DNA from: Spirulina sp.
GTDB taxonomy: Bacteria > Cyanobacteriota > Cyanobacteriia > Phormidesmidales > Phormidesmidaceae
Length of the DNA stretch: 39,977 bases
NCBI GenBank assembly: GCA_044070495.1
Contig: JBIPSI010000041.1
Coordinates: forward strand, 1 to 39,977
Reading direction: 5' to 3'
Below, piece by piece: positions 29,118-36,831 of the stretch (the first letter of the stretch is position 1; every line of letters begins with the position of its first letter). The position numbers and the translations under genes were made by a program. A model generated the notes under the pieces. The model saw only the letters and a program-made list of their open reading frames with translations. It made no database searches and had not been told where the DNA came from.

Positions 29118-30473
29118 ATGACTGACAACACTGCCTCCAATCCGGCCCCAGCGCCCCAAGATCAGCCTCGCTCCAACCGCAACCCGACGGCCTCCCCTAG
29201 GGCGTCTGGCCCAAGCCCAACGGGGCCAAGCCAAAACTGGGAAGTGGTGAACTTTCCTGGCCAGATGGCGATAACGGACGTTCAAGAAACAGCTCCGGCG
29301 GCGGCCTCAGCCCCCACCTCGCCCCCCCTCCATCGCACCGAGGAACTGATCCAACTCATCCAAGACTTGAACCAATGCAACGATGCCCTACTGATTCGGG
29401 TATCAGACCTAGAAGAATCCCTAGAGCGATCCCAGGCCGCTCTCCAGGCAGAAGTTGAACGCAATCAGATCCAGGGCGTTGTCACCTCCACCAGAACCCC
29501 CGCCCCTGCCCAGGTAGCACAACTGCTAAGCGAACTAGAGGCGACTAACGACGGCCTGCGGCGGGCCACTATCCACAACGAAACTCTGCAAACCGAGCTA
29601 GAGGCCAGCCAGCAGCGGGTAGCCCAGCTAGAGCGGGAATGCACCCTGCTGCAACAGCGTTTTAGCGAAAAGAACACCGCCCTGCAACAGGCCGAGGATA
29701 GCTGTCGCGATCTCAAGGCTCGCCTCCATCGCCAGCAGCGCTACACCCTCCAATTCAAGACGGCCCTAGAAAAGTGCCTAAACATGGCCAACGATGCCCA
29801 GCCCCCAGCGGCAGCGGCCCCGACCATGGTGGGCCTAGGCACGGAGGATAGTCAGCCTGTGGCGATGCCCAAGGCCCAAGAAATTCAGCCTTGGAGTGCG
29901 CCTAGCGTAGCGGCGACTCATCAGGCCGATGCCCTGTCTAACTTGATCCATAGCTTCAAGCCCACGGTGGCCCCTGCACCATCGGCCCCTGTCGTGGCTT
30001 CAACCCCAACTCCAACAACCTCAGAACCCGCCGCCCCAGACACCTGGGCCAAGCCTGCCGCTGAGGTTCCTGCCCCTGCCCCAGAAGCCCCAGCCATTGT
30101 TGACCCCTGGATTGCTCCCGCCGCTGAGGCCGAGCCATCTCCCGGCTTTACAGAACCCTCTCCCTGGGGTGCGCCGTTGACCGCAAAGTCTGACCCTGAA
30201 TCTGTGGAAACGGCAGCGCCATCTCAAATCACAACGCCACCCCAAACCCCAGAACCCGTGGCAGACTTTCCCGAACCCTTCCAGACTAGACCCGTGGTTA
30301 AACCCGCGCTGGCCAAGGCTGAACCCGCCCTTGCGGCCCCCGTTAGCCCCCAGCCAGCGCCCCCTCCACCAGTGACCACTCCGGCGGCTTATCCCCAGCG
30401 TTCCCAGCGCAAAATTGCCTCCCTGGCGGCGGTGCAGCTTCCCAGCTTTGGCCGTCCTCCCCGCCGATCCTAG
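29118..30473 (+). CDS. Coiled-coil protein with Pro/Ala-rich disordered tail
   Basis: Long Q/E/L heptad region (about aa 75-220); C-terminal KIASLAAVQLPSF motif. Confidence 0.85.
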   Translation: MTDNTASNPAPAPQDQPRSNRNPTASPRASGPSPTGPSQNWEVVNFPGQMAITDVQETAPAAASAPTSPPLHRTEELIQLIQDLNQCNDALLIRVSDLEESLERSQAALQAEVERNQIQGVVTSTRTPAPAQVAQLLSELEATNDGLRRATIHNETLQTELEASQQRVAQLERECTLLQQRFSEKNTALQQAEDSCRDLKARLHRQQRYTLQFKTALEKCLNMANDAQPPAAAAPTMVGLGTEDSQPVAMPKAQEIQPWSAPSVAATHQADALSNLIHSFKPTVAPAPSAPVVASTPTPTTSEPAAPDTWAKPAAEVPAPAPEAPAIVDPWIAPAAEAEPSPGFTEPSPWGAPLTAKSDPESVETAAPSQITTPPQTPEPVADFPEPFQTRPVVKPALAKAEPALAAPVSPQPAPPPPVTTPAAYPQRSQRKIASLAAVQLPSFGRPPRRS

Positions 30474-31342
30474 GCTGGAAAGTATAGGACTGGGTGCCAA
30501 CTGCGACGCAGAATGTCGCGGGTGAGGCTGGGGGTAGACCATTTGAGGAACCCACCTAGGCCACTGGCACAGGTGGCAATGGCCCCAATATCGTACTGTT
30601 CAGCCGTTAGCATAATTTGCTGGATGGGGTCACCCTCAACCACCGTGGTATTAACCACGAGGCCGAGGCTGGCCAGTTCTGACTGGATCTTCTCGCATTC
30701 GGCCTGGGCCTGTTCCACGGGATGATCGCCGTGGAATTCGCGGCGGATATTGTCATCGATCACCCACAGCAGCCGAACCCGCTCTAGCACCGAGTGGGGG
30801 TTGCTCTGTACCTGCTTTTTCACTTTTTCAATCAGGATTTTGCCCGTTTCTTGGCCATCGTAGGGCAGCAACAGGTAGCGGAAGAGGTGGCTGGTGCGTA
30901 GCTCTAGCTCGGCAGTGGTGTAGGTGGAGATGAGCTGAGGCCGCAAAATCATCAGGGGGACGGGGGTTTTTTCCGCCAACTGCATGGTGGTGCTGCCAAA
31001 GAGTTTTTCTTCTAGCATGGTGCGGGTGGGGGTGCCCAGAAAAATCACATCGGCATGGCACTGCTTGGCAAGGCGCAAAATGTTATCGCCCACTCGCCCC
31101 ATCTGCACTTCAACGTTCACCTCCACTGAGTCGGGCACATCGCGCAGCAAGTTGGCGATCTGTTGTTTGGGCTGAGCCAAAATTTCCGGATCGTTGCTAG
31201 GAATTTCGCGCTCGGCGTCAATGGCGACATTGTGAAAAAAGGTCAGACTTTGGAACCCCCCTGCCGCTAGACTTGGCACAAACTGCGCCAAGCGATGCAT
31301 GCCATCGGTGAAGTCGGTACAAATCAGCGCGCGTTGAAACAT
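30470..31342 (-). CDS. Universal stress protein (tandem USP domains)
   Basis: MFQRALICTDF, LFGSTT..LAEKTPVPLMIL and second domain LLLPYDG...EGDP...ILRRSWHPVLYFP. Confidence 0.93.
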   Translation of the reverse strand: MFQRALICTDFTDGMHRLAQFVPSLAAGGFQSLTFFHNVAIDAEREIPSNDPEILAQPKQQIANLLRDVPDSVEVNVEVQMGRVGDNILRLAKQCHADVIFLGTPTRTMLEEKLFGSTTMQLAEKTPVPLMILRPQLISTYTTAELELRTSHLFRYLLLPYDGQETGKILIEKVKKQVQSNPHSVLERVRLLWVIDDNIRREFHGDHPVEQAQAECEKIQSELASLGLVVNTTVVEGDPIQQIMLTAEQYDIGAIATCASGLGGFLKWSTPSLTRDILRRSWHPVLYFPA

Positions 31343-31620
31343 AGTTGCCTCGTCGTTGCGTCGTCTCGGTGCAAAGTCGTCTCAGTACAAAGGGGCAGGC
31401 CGAGCTATGGCCCGTCTGGGCGACCCTGACGAGGCTTACGGTAAGTTATACCCCGCCATAACTACGATAACGTCTGGCTGCTCTGTTTTGCCGCAGGCTT
31501 TGGGGGAAGGTGCCGTTGGTGCTGAACAAGCGCTTGCTTAGGAGGACGGGGGCACTGGATGGCGAAAATCTGTAGGTTAGACGACGTGGCTGAGGCGATG
31601 AGGGGTGAGCGTCTAAGGCT

Positions 31621-31807
31621 TTAGGGGTGTGGTGTAGATTGGCGGCGATGGCCATGGCGATGGCGATGTAACATTGGCGGCACTGTCGAGAAGGAGACGC
31701 CCCGACATCCCTGGCCTGATTCTTCAGAACCCTGCAAGAGAGGGAGGTCGCCATCTTCAAGACGGTCAAGACTGGTCTGGACGACCAGCAAAGGCGCGAA
31801 GCCCTGG
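31621..31807 (+). ncRNA. ssrS: 6S RNA (cyanobacterial SsaA/6Sa type)
   Basis: About 187-nt rod-like fold. Inner stem AGACG..CGACATCCCT pairs with AGGGAGGTCGCCATCT; ends TTAGGG/CCCTGG and GGCC/GGTC close with G:U pairs on the + strand only. The core GATGTAAC...GGCACTGTCGAGAAGGAGAC.CCCGACAT matches my recollection of cyanobacterial 6S RNAs. Ends approximate. Confidence 0.78.
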
Positions 31808-31819
31808 CTAACGGGACGC

Positions 31820-32014
31820 TTAAACCTGGGGATTTGGCCCAATGCCCCACTCGTGCTTAAGAAACTGCTTGTACATGGTTTCGCGCATCATCATCTGTTC
31901 GTAGAGCTTGACCAGAAATTGCTGGGCTTGCTCACGGCTCATTTGATTAACCTGGGTCTCGAAGGAGCGCAGGTTAAACTGCTGCTCAAGGGAGAGTTGC
32001 ATCGGGTCGTTCAT
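31820..32014 (-). CDS. nblA: Phycobilisome degradation protein NblA
   Basis: 64 aa MNDPMQLSLEQQFNLRSFETQVNQMSREQAQQFLVKLYEQMMMRETMYKQFLKHEWG; AGGAG upstream of ATG 32014. The ORF-track extension to 32461 is spurious. Confidence 0.96.
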   Translation of the reverse strand: MNDPMQLSLEQQFNLRSFETQVNQMSREQAQQFLVKLYEQMMMRETMYKQFLKHEWGIGPNPQV

Positions 32015-32160
32015 GGATGGACTCCTGAGAGAGAACAACATGGGGCACACCAAAACGGAATTCCCCACGGAACATCGAATACCCACTAAGGCCCAGGGTG
32101 TGAGAGCAACCGCAGATAGCCTTAGGGAGGTCATCGTGGTCAAGGTAAATCCTCGAACAA

Positions 32161-32192
32161 TTGTTTTACAAATTATAACGATTGTTTGACAA
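32161..32192 (-). promoter_or_regulatory. Candidate nblA promoter (-10 TATAAT) with overlapping HLR1-like repeat
   Basis: TATAAT on the minus strand at 32172-32177 in an AT-rich patch; TTTACAAA-TT-ATAACGAT on the plus strand. Confidence 0.45.
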
Positions 32193-32320
32193 AGATCCAC
32201 TCTTGACAGGTTTGAGATATAGCTAGTAAGCCCTAAAAGGACAAACTCGGCCTCAAACTTCACAATTTTTATCAATATCCTTTGAGTAAAAATGCTCAGT
32301 GCGAACGGTTCGGGGAAGGG

Positions 32321-32362
32321 GGTTGTTGGTTGTTGGTTATTGGTTAATGGTTGTTGGTTGTT
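32321..32362. repeat. Heptamer tandem repeat (GGTTGTT-like) x6, STRR-like
   Basis: ggttgtt ggttgtt ggttatt ggttaat ggttgtt ggttgtt. Confidence 0.9.
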
Positions 32363-32427
32363 GGGGGCGTAGTCGTGGGACTGATGGCCTGACACATCGC
32401 CAAAGTAGTAGCGCGTCCAGTCCGATT

Positions 32428-32456
32428 TGTAGGGTGCAGCGAAGCGGAACCCTACA
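32428..32456. repeat. GTAG-type REP-like palindrome
   Basis: TGTAGGGT...ACCCTACA arms with an internal GCGAAGC mini-hairpin. Confidence 0.7.
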
Positions 32457-32544
32457 CTCACCGAGGATTACGGACTTGTTGGGTGCTGCTATCGCGCCCC
32501 TCAACCCGCGAAAAATCAGGGCTTTTGGAGGTTGTGCCAGCCAG

Positions 32545-33366
32545 CTAGGGATTAGGGGCACAGTGGGGGCAGGTTTGGCCCGGTTGATAGTGGGGAGAAG
32601 CCTGATCCTGGGGGCTGAGGGGATAGCCGCAACCGCCGCAGAGGACGTAATTTTGGGGCTGGAGGGCGTGATCCACCGCTACCCGTTCGTCAAACACAAA
32701 GCAATTTCCTCGCCACAGGCTTTCGTTGGGGGGAACCTGTTTGAGATAGTTCAAAATGCCGCCCTTGAGGTGGTAGACCTGGTCAAATCCCTGTTCTCGG
32801 AGGTAGGCGGTGGCCTTTTCGCAGCGGATGCCCCCGGTGCAGAACATGGCAACCTTGCGGTGTTGGGCGGGGTCGAGGTGCTGCTCGATGTAATTGGGCA
32901 GTTCACGGAAGGCGTGGGTGTGGGGGTTGATCGCGCCTTGGAACGTGCCCAGGTCTACCTCAAAGTCGTTACGGGCGTCGATTAGCACCACCTCAGGATC
33001 TTGGATCAGCGGGTTCCAGTCCTGGGGGTCTACATAGGTGCCCACCTGCTGGTTGGGATTAAGGTCGGGGCGACCTAGGGTGACGATTTCCGGCTTGATC
33101 TTCACCTTCATGCGTCCAAAGGGAGCCGCTTCCGTGGTCGATTCCTGCACCGTCAGCGGGCCGATGGCGGGATGGGCTTGCAGCCAAGCCAACAGGTGAT
33201 CCACGCCTTCCCGAAAGCCCGCAAGGGTGGCATTCAGCCCTTCCTCAGCCAGCAAAATCGTGCCGCACAACCCCCAGCGCTGGCTTTCGGCCAAGAGATC
33301 CTCCCGCAGTTGGGACAGATCATGAAGGTCAACGAATTTGTAAAAGGTGGCAACAATCCAGGTCAT
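32545..33366 (-). CDS. trhO: Rhodanese-related tRNA uridine(34) hydroxylase TrhO (YceA/UPF0176)
   Basis: FYKF, EEGLNAT, EIVTLG, CTGGIRCEKA and CFVFDERV motifs. Confidence 0.92.
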   Translation of the reverse strand: MTWIVATFYKFVDLHDLSQLREDLLAESQRWGLCGTILLAEEGLNATLAGFREGVDHLLAWLQAHPAIGPLTVQESTTEAAPFGRMKVKIKPEIVTLGRPDLNPNQQVGTYVDPQDWNPLIQDPEVVLIDARNDFEVDLGTFQGAINPHTHAFRELPNYIEQHLDPAQHRKVAMFCTGGIRCEKATAYLREQGFDQVYHLKGGILNYLKQVPPNESLWRGNCFVFDERVAVDHALQPQNYVLCGGCGYPLSPQDQASPHYQPGQTCPHCAPNP

Positions 33367-33408
33367 GGGGACGGGACGGTGTGAGAGGAACTTTGAAGGC
33401 CGCTTCCG

Positions 33409-33449
33409 GCCCCCCTCTCCTTCCTGGGAGAGGGGCTGGGGGTGAGGGC
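33409..33449 (+). repeat. CCCCTCTCC..GGGAGAGGGG..GGGG.GAGGG dispersed hairpin repeat, copy 2
   Basis: Similar to 24194-24234. Confidence 0.8.
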
Positions 33450-33500
33450 AAACTCCCCAACCGACAAGAATTTCTATTTTAGGATTGAGAACGCCCTAGT

Positions 33501-33938
33501 TTACTGAGGATTCGGGGCTCCTGGTGAATTTCCCTCAGGGGGTGGCTGGGTGGCAATGGCGAGCTGCACGCCCTCCAGGGTTCTGAGTTGATCCATCACC
33601 GCCACCACCCGCCCGTGGGGCACGGCTTGATCGGCTTGGATAATCACCACGTTGCCCACGGTCATGGGCAGTTGATCCTGCACGACCCCAAGCAGTTGGT
33701 CATCGCTGACGGCTTGGCCCCCCACTGCCAAGGCTCCGCTGGCCTCCACCGTTACCACAATGGAAAGCTGGGGTTGAACGATGCCCGTTTGTGCCTCCGG
33801 CAGCGCCACCGTTAGCCCCTCGTTGCGGCTGAGGTAGAGGCTGGAAATTAGGAAAAACACCAGCACCGCAAACACCATATCAATCATGGGCACGATGTTG
33901 ATCTGGGGGGAAGACTCTGGTTCGTCGGGCAGGCGCAT
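33501..33938 (-). CDS. exbD: Biopolymer transporter ExbD/TolR
   Basis: INIVPMIDMVFAVLVFF TM with conserved Asp; ADQAVPHGRVVAVMD. ATG 33938. Confidence 0.92.
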   Translation of the reverse strand: MRLPDEPESSPQINIVPMIDMVFAVLVFFLISSLYLSRNEGLTVALPEAQTGIVQPQLSIVVTVEASGALAVGGQAVSDDQLLGVVQDQLPMTVGNVVIIQADQAVPHGRVVAVMDQLRTLEGVQLAIATQPPPEGNSPGAPNPQ

Positions 33939-34080
33939 GGTAAGGGACACGGAAAAGCTTGGCGCGCCCCAGCCTTGACCCCTCAACGACCAAGCTGGGC
34001 AGCACACCCTAGCTTATCCCAACCCTTGGGGCCGATGAGCCTGGACGCTGAATTCGCTGCTCACGGCTGAATGGAGATTC

Positions 34081-34365
34081 CTAGGTGCTGTGGCCGGGAT
34101 GAACGGTTTGGGTTGGGGGGGCGCATTTAAGGGCCGGTTCCCCAGCAGGATCGGGGGCTGATGCGGGCAAAATCTCTTCTTGGCTGATGGCGTCGTTAAG
34201 GATGTTGAGGAGGCGCTGCTCGTCGGCGGAAAGATCGGATCGCTGGCTGAGGGCATAAATAGCGTCGGCCACCTCCGCCAACAATGCCTTGGACTGAAGC
34301 GCTTGGCGCACGATGGCTTCTAAATAGGTAACGCGATCTGCCTGGGATAAATTAGCCCACATCAT
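34081..34365 (-). CDS. Small hypothetical protein
   Basis: 94-aa helical ORF (LEAIVRQALQ...LSADEQRLLNILNDAI) with a GAGG upstream. Confidence 0.7.
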   Translation of the reverse strand: MMWANLSQADRVTYLEAIVRQALQSKALLAEVADAIYALSQRSDLSADEQRLLNILNDAISQEEILPASAPDPAGEPALKCAPPTQTVHPGHST

Positions 34366-34428
34366 GCTGGGAGCCTCGATATAGCCCTAGATCTAACGCC
34401 GTTGTGTGAGGGCGCTGTCCGTGGATGA

Positions 34429-34444
34429 TGTGATCAATATCACA
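34429..34444. promoter_or_regulatory. CRP (SyCrp1-type) binding site
   Basis: Perfect TGTGA-TCAATA-TCACA, intergenic, 64 nt upstream of the 94-aa ORF. Confidence 0.75.
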
Positions 34445-34684
34445 CAAACTGCCTTTTAAAACAATTCTAGCTAGAGACTTTGCTTGAGGTTAGAAAGGTT
34501 AGACCTGAGAGCCAAGAAACAAGCTAAATGCCTTATCTTATGGGGCCGAACAAGACAGGCTAGCCATCCCACAGAGGGGGAAGGCCACGGAAGTCCTTAG
34601 CATGCTTTAACGATTGATTCTGTCCATGTCCACCATAGAGTAGGCAAAGGCGCGACTGGAGAGTCTGTTGGTGAACGATTGAGG

Positions 34685-35143
34685 CTAGGCAGATCGCGCC
34701 ATGGCGAGAATCCGCTCCGCCACCGCATCGGCCACGGGCATCACCGACAGCCGATTGCCCCGCCGTACCACCCACAGGTCTTCGGGGGTAAAGGTGTCTT
34801 TTAGTTGGTCAAGGGTGATCCCAGTCGAAAAGGTCTCCACGTACCCCACGACCACCGTGTGCCAGCGGGGCTTGTCGGGCGAAGATTTGGGGTCATAGTA
34901 CTTGTGGGCCGGGTCGAACTGGGTGGGATCGACCACGTTGGCCTCGACAATTTTGGCCAGCCCCACAATGCCCGGTGGCTTGGTGTTGGAGTGGTAGAAA
35001 AAGGCCAGATCCCCCACCGCCATGCTGGTCAGGAAATTGCGGGCCTGGTAGTTGCGTACGCCATCCCACAGTTCCGTCTGGTCGCGGGCCAGATCGTGGA
35101 TGCCGTAGACATCGGGTTCAGACTTCATCAACCAGTAGGCCAT
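34685..35143 (-). CDS. EVE domain protein
   Basis: YWLMKSEP, WDGVRNYQARN, FFYHS and RGNRLSVMPV motifs. Confidence 0.96.
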   Translation of the reverse strand: MAYWLMKSEPDVYGIHDLARDQTELWDGVRNYQARNFLTSMAVGDLAFFYHSNTKPPGIVGLAKIVEANVVDPTQFDPAHKYYDPKSSPDKPRWHTVVVGYVETFSTGITLDQLKDTFTPEDLWVVRRGNRLSVMPVADAVAERILAMARSA

Positions 35144-35603
35144 GGCTTAGCAGCTTCTCCAACAGATCACGATGGGCAGAATTTTGGGTCGATAGGGTGA
35201 CTTTACGGCCACTGTTGTCGGCATAGGCAAGGGCAAGCCGAATCGCCTGGTCGGGAACCTTGGCCAGACGCTCGGCCCATTCAATCGCCACGATGCCGGG
35301 GGCGGTTTCCTGCTCGTCCCAATAGGCCTCTAGGTAAAGATCCATCACCTCTTCACCATCGAGCCGATATAGGTCAATATGGTACAAGGGTACTCTACCC
35401 TCCAGGTACTCATTCACCAGGGTAAAGGTCGGGCTGCTGATTGGATCAACGATCCCCAAGCCCAGCCCCAATCCCTGAATCAGCGTCGTTTTGCCACTGC
35501 CCAAATCCCCCGACAGCAGCAGAATCGTCCCCGCCGGAAGCACCCGCCCCAGCCCTTCCCCCAGCCGTTGGGTCGCCGCCGCATCGGGCAACTCAAGTTC
35601 CAT
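35118..35603 (-). CDS. tsaE: tRNA t6A biosynthesis ATPase TsaE
   Basis: GDLGSGKTT, SSPTFTLVNEY, YHIDLYRL and IEWAE. Start 35603-35627 uncertain. Confidence 0.96.
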   Translation of the reverse strand: MELELPDAAATQRLGEGLGRVLPAGTILLLSGDLGSGKTTLIQGLGLGLGIVDPISSPTFTLVNEYLEGRVPLYHIDLYRLDGEEVMDLYLEAYWDEQETAPGIVAIEWAERLAKVPDQAIRLALAYADNSGRKVTLSTQNSAHRDLLEKLLSHGLLVDEV

Positions 35604-35787
35604 CACCGCATCATCCATCCCGTTCAACCATCCATCCCCTAGGACTTTATCAGCGATACCAATAGCGATCTCGATTTATATTCTCGATTCATATCCAGAA
35701 CGCTCCAAATCCACAACCACGATCTACAACAGACAGAATAATCCCCACCGTCCCCTGATCACTGCCTGCCAACCCCCACTCCCGACG

Positions 35788-35836
35788 AATAACCAATAAC
35801 GAATAGCCAACAACTAATAACCAGTAACCAACAACC
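35788..35836. repeat. Heptamer tandem repeat (AATAACC-like) x7, STRR-like
   Basis: aataacc aataacg aatagcc aacaact aataacc agtaacc aacaacc; same family as 32321-32362 in the opposite orientation. Confidence 0.88.
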
Positions 35837-35851
35837 CCAATCCCCTTCCCC

Positions 35852-36454
35852 ATGATCATCACCGTAGCCAGCTTCAAAGGCGGTGTCGGCAAAACCACCA
35901 CAGCCATTCACCTCGCGGCCTTTTTGCAAAATCATGCCGAAACCCTGCTGATCGATGCCGACCCCAACCGTTCGGCCCTGGCCTGGGCCAATCGGGGAGT
36001 GCTACCCTTTGCGGTAACGGACGAGTGGCAGGCGGGGGGCTATCTACCCGATGAGGGCCATGTGGTGATTGACACCCCAGCCCGACCCGACCCGGAGGAC
36101 TTGGCCATGCTGGCGGAGGCGTGTGATTTGCTGGTGCTGCCCACTACGCCGGACGTGCTGTCGTTGGATGTGCTGGCCCTGATGGTGGCCTACCTGGAGC
36201 CGTTGGCGATCCAAAACTATCGCGTACTGCTGACTATGATGCCCCCCAGCCGTCGCATTGCCGCCGCCCTACAGCCCCTGCTAGAGTCGATTCAGCCCCG
36301 CATGTTTGACCACAGCATTCGACGCTATGCGGCCTACCAAAAGGCGGCGCAACAGGGGCAGGTGGTCTCTGTGGTGAAGGCGGCCAAGGCGGCGGACGCT
36401 TGGCAAGATTACGCCACCATCGGCCAGGAATTGCTGCTGAAGGTTGGGGTTTAA
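35852..36454 (+). CDS. parA: Short ParA-family ATPase (no N-terminal HTH)
   Basis: Deviant Walker A KGGVGKTT, IDADPN and VIDTP. Confidence 0.92.
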   Translation: MIITVASFKGGVGKTTTAIHLAAFLQNHAETLLIDADPNRSALAWANRGVLPFAVTDEWQAGGYLPDEGHVVIDTPARPDPEDLAMLAEACDLLVLPTTPDVLSLDVLALMVAYLEPLAIQNYRVLLTMMPPSRRIAAALQPLLESIQPRMFDHSIRRYAAYQKAAQQGQVVSVVKAAKAADAWQDYATIGQELLLKVGV

Positions 36455-36537
36455 CCTCAGTTCGGGGTAGCCCCAGTGACCAGATCCCCGGTTAGCCCTC
36501 CCTTACCGGAAGCAAGAAGACCTGTACCCTGCTACCT

Positions 36538-36653
36538 AATCCCCTTTAGAGGATTTCTGCTTTGAGCCTTGGACATTGAGTCCTTGGCTTCCTATCCACA
36601 ACCACCAGGGAGTGAACTCCCTGGCTCATCGCGAAAGTCTGCTGAAGCAGCCT
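36538..36653. repeat. Inverted pair of double-hairpin units (REPIN/BIME-like)
   Basis: 36538-36588 and the reverse complement of 36605-36653 share the layout hairpin(TTYA loop)-linker ending TGAGCC-hairpin. Confidence 0.7.
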
Positions 36654-36831
36654 CAAGATCGTTGCTGCTGAGGGTGGCCGGGGATCCGGTGCTGCCCGGT
36701 TTTGTGTTGAATCTGGCTTGGCTATGGAAGTCATCGGCCCCTGACAACCGCTAAGATTGATCCTCGGTTCGTTGTGATCCTGGGTTTTTGCTGAATCAGG
36801 ATTGAATTCGGTGTAAGGAGTCGGGTAAGCC

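Noticed and set aside
31446..31850. Minus-strand ORFs of 134 and 73 aa downstream of nblA
   Set aside because: They overlap the structured 6S-like RNA and show no protein-like features.
32015..32461. 213-aa ORF-track extension of nblA
   Set aside because: It runs through promoter DNA, a heptamer array and a palindrome. NblA similarity and the SD begin at ATG 32014.
6612..36688. GGATCC as an alternative highly iterated palindrome
   Set aside because: Only modestly frequent by eye (under about 20) with variable flanks; much weaker than the CCCTAGGG signal.
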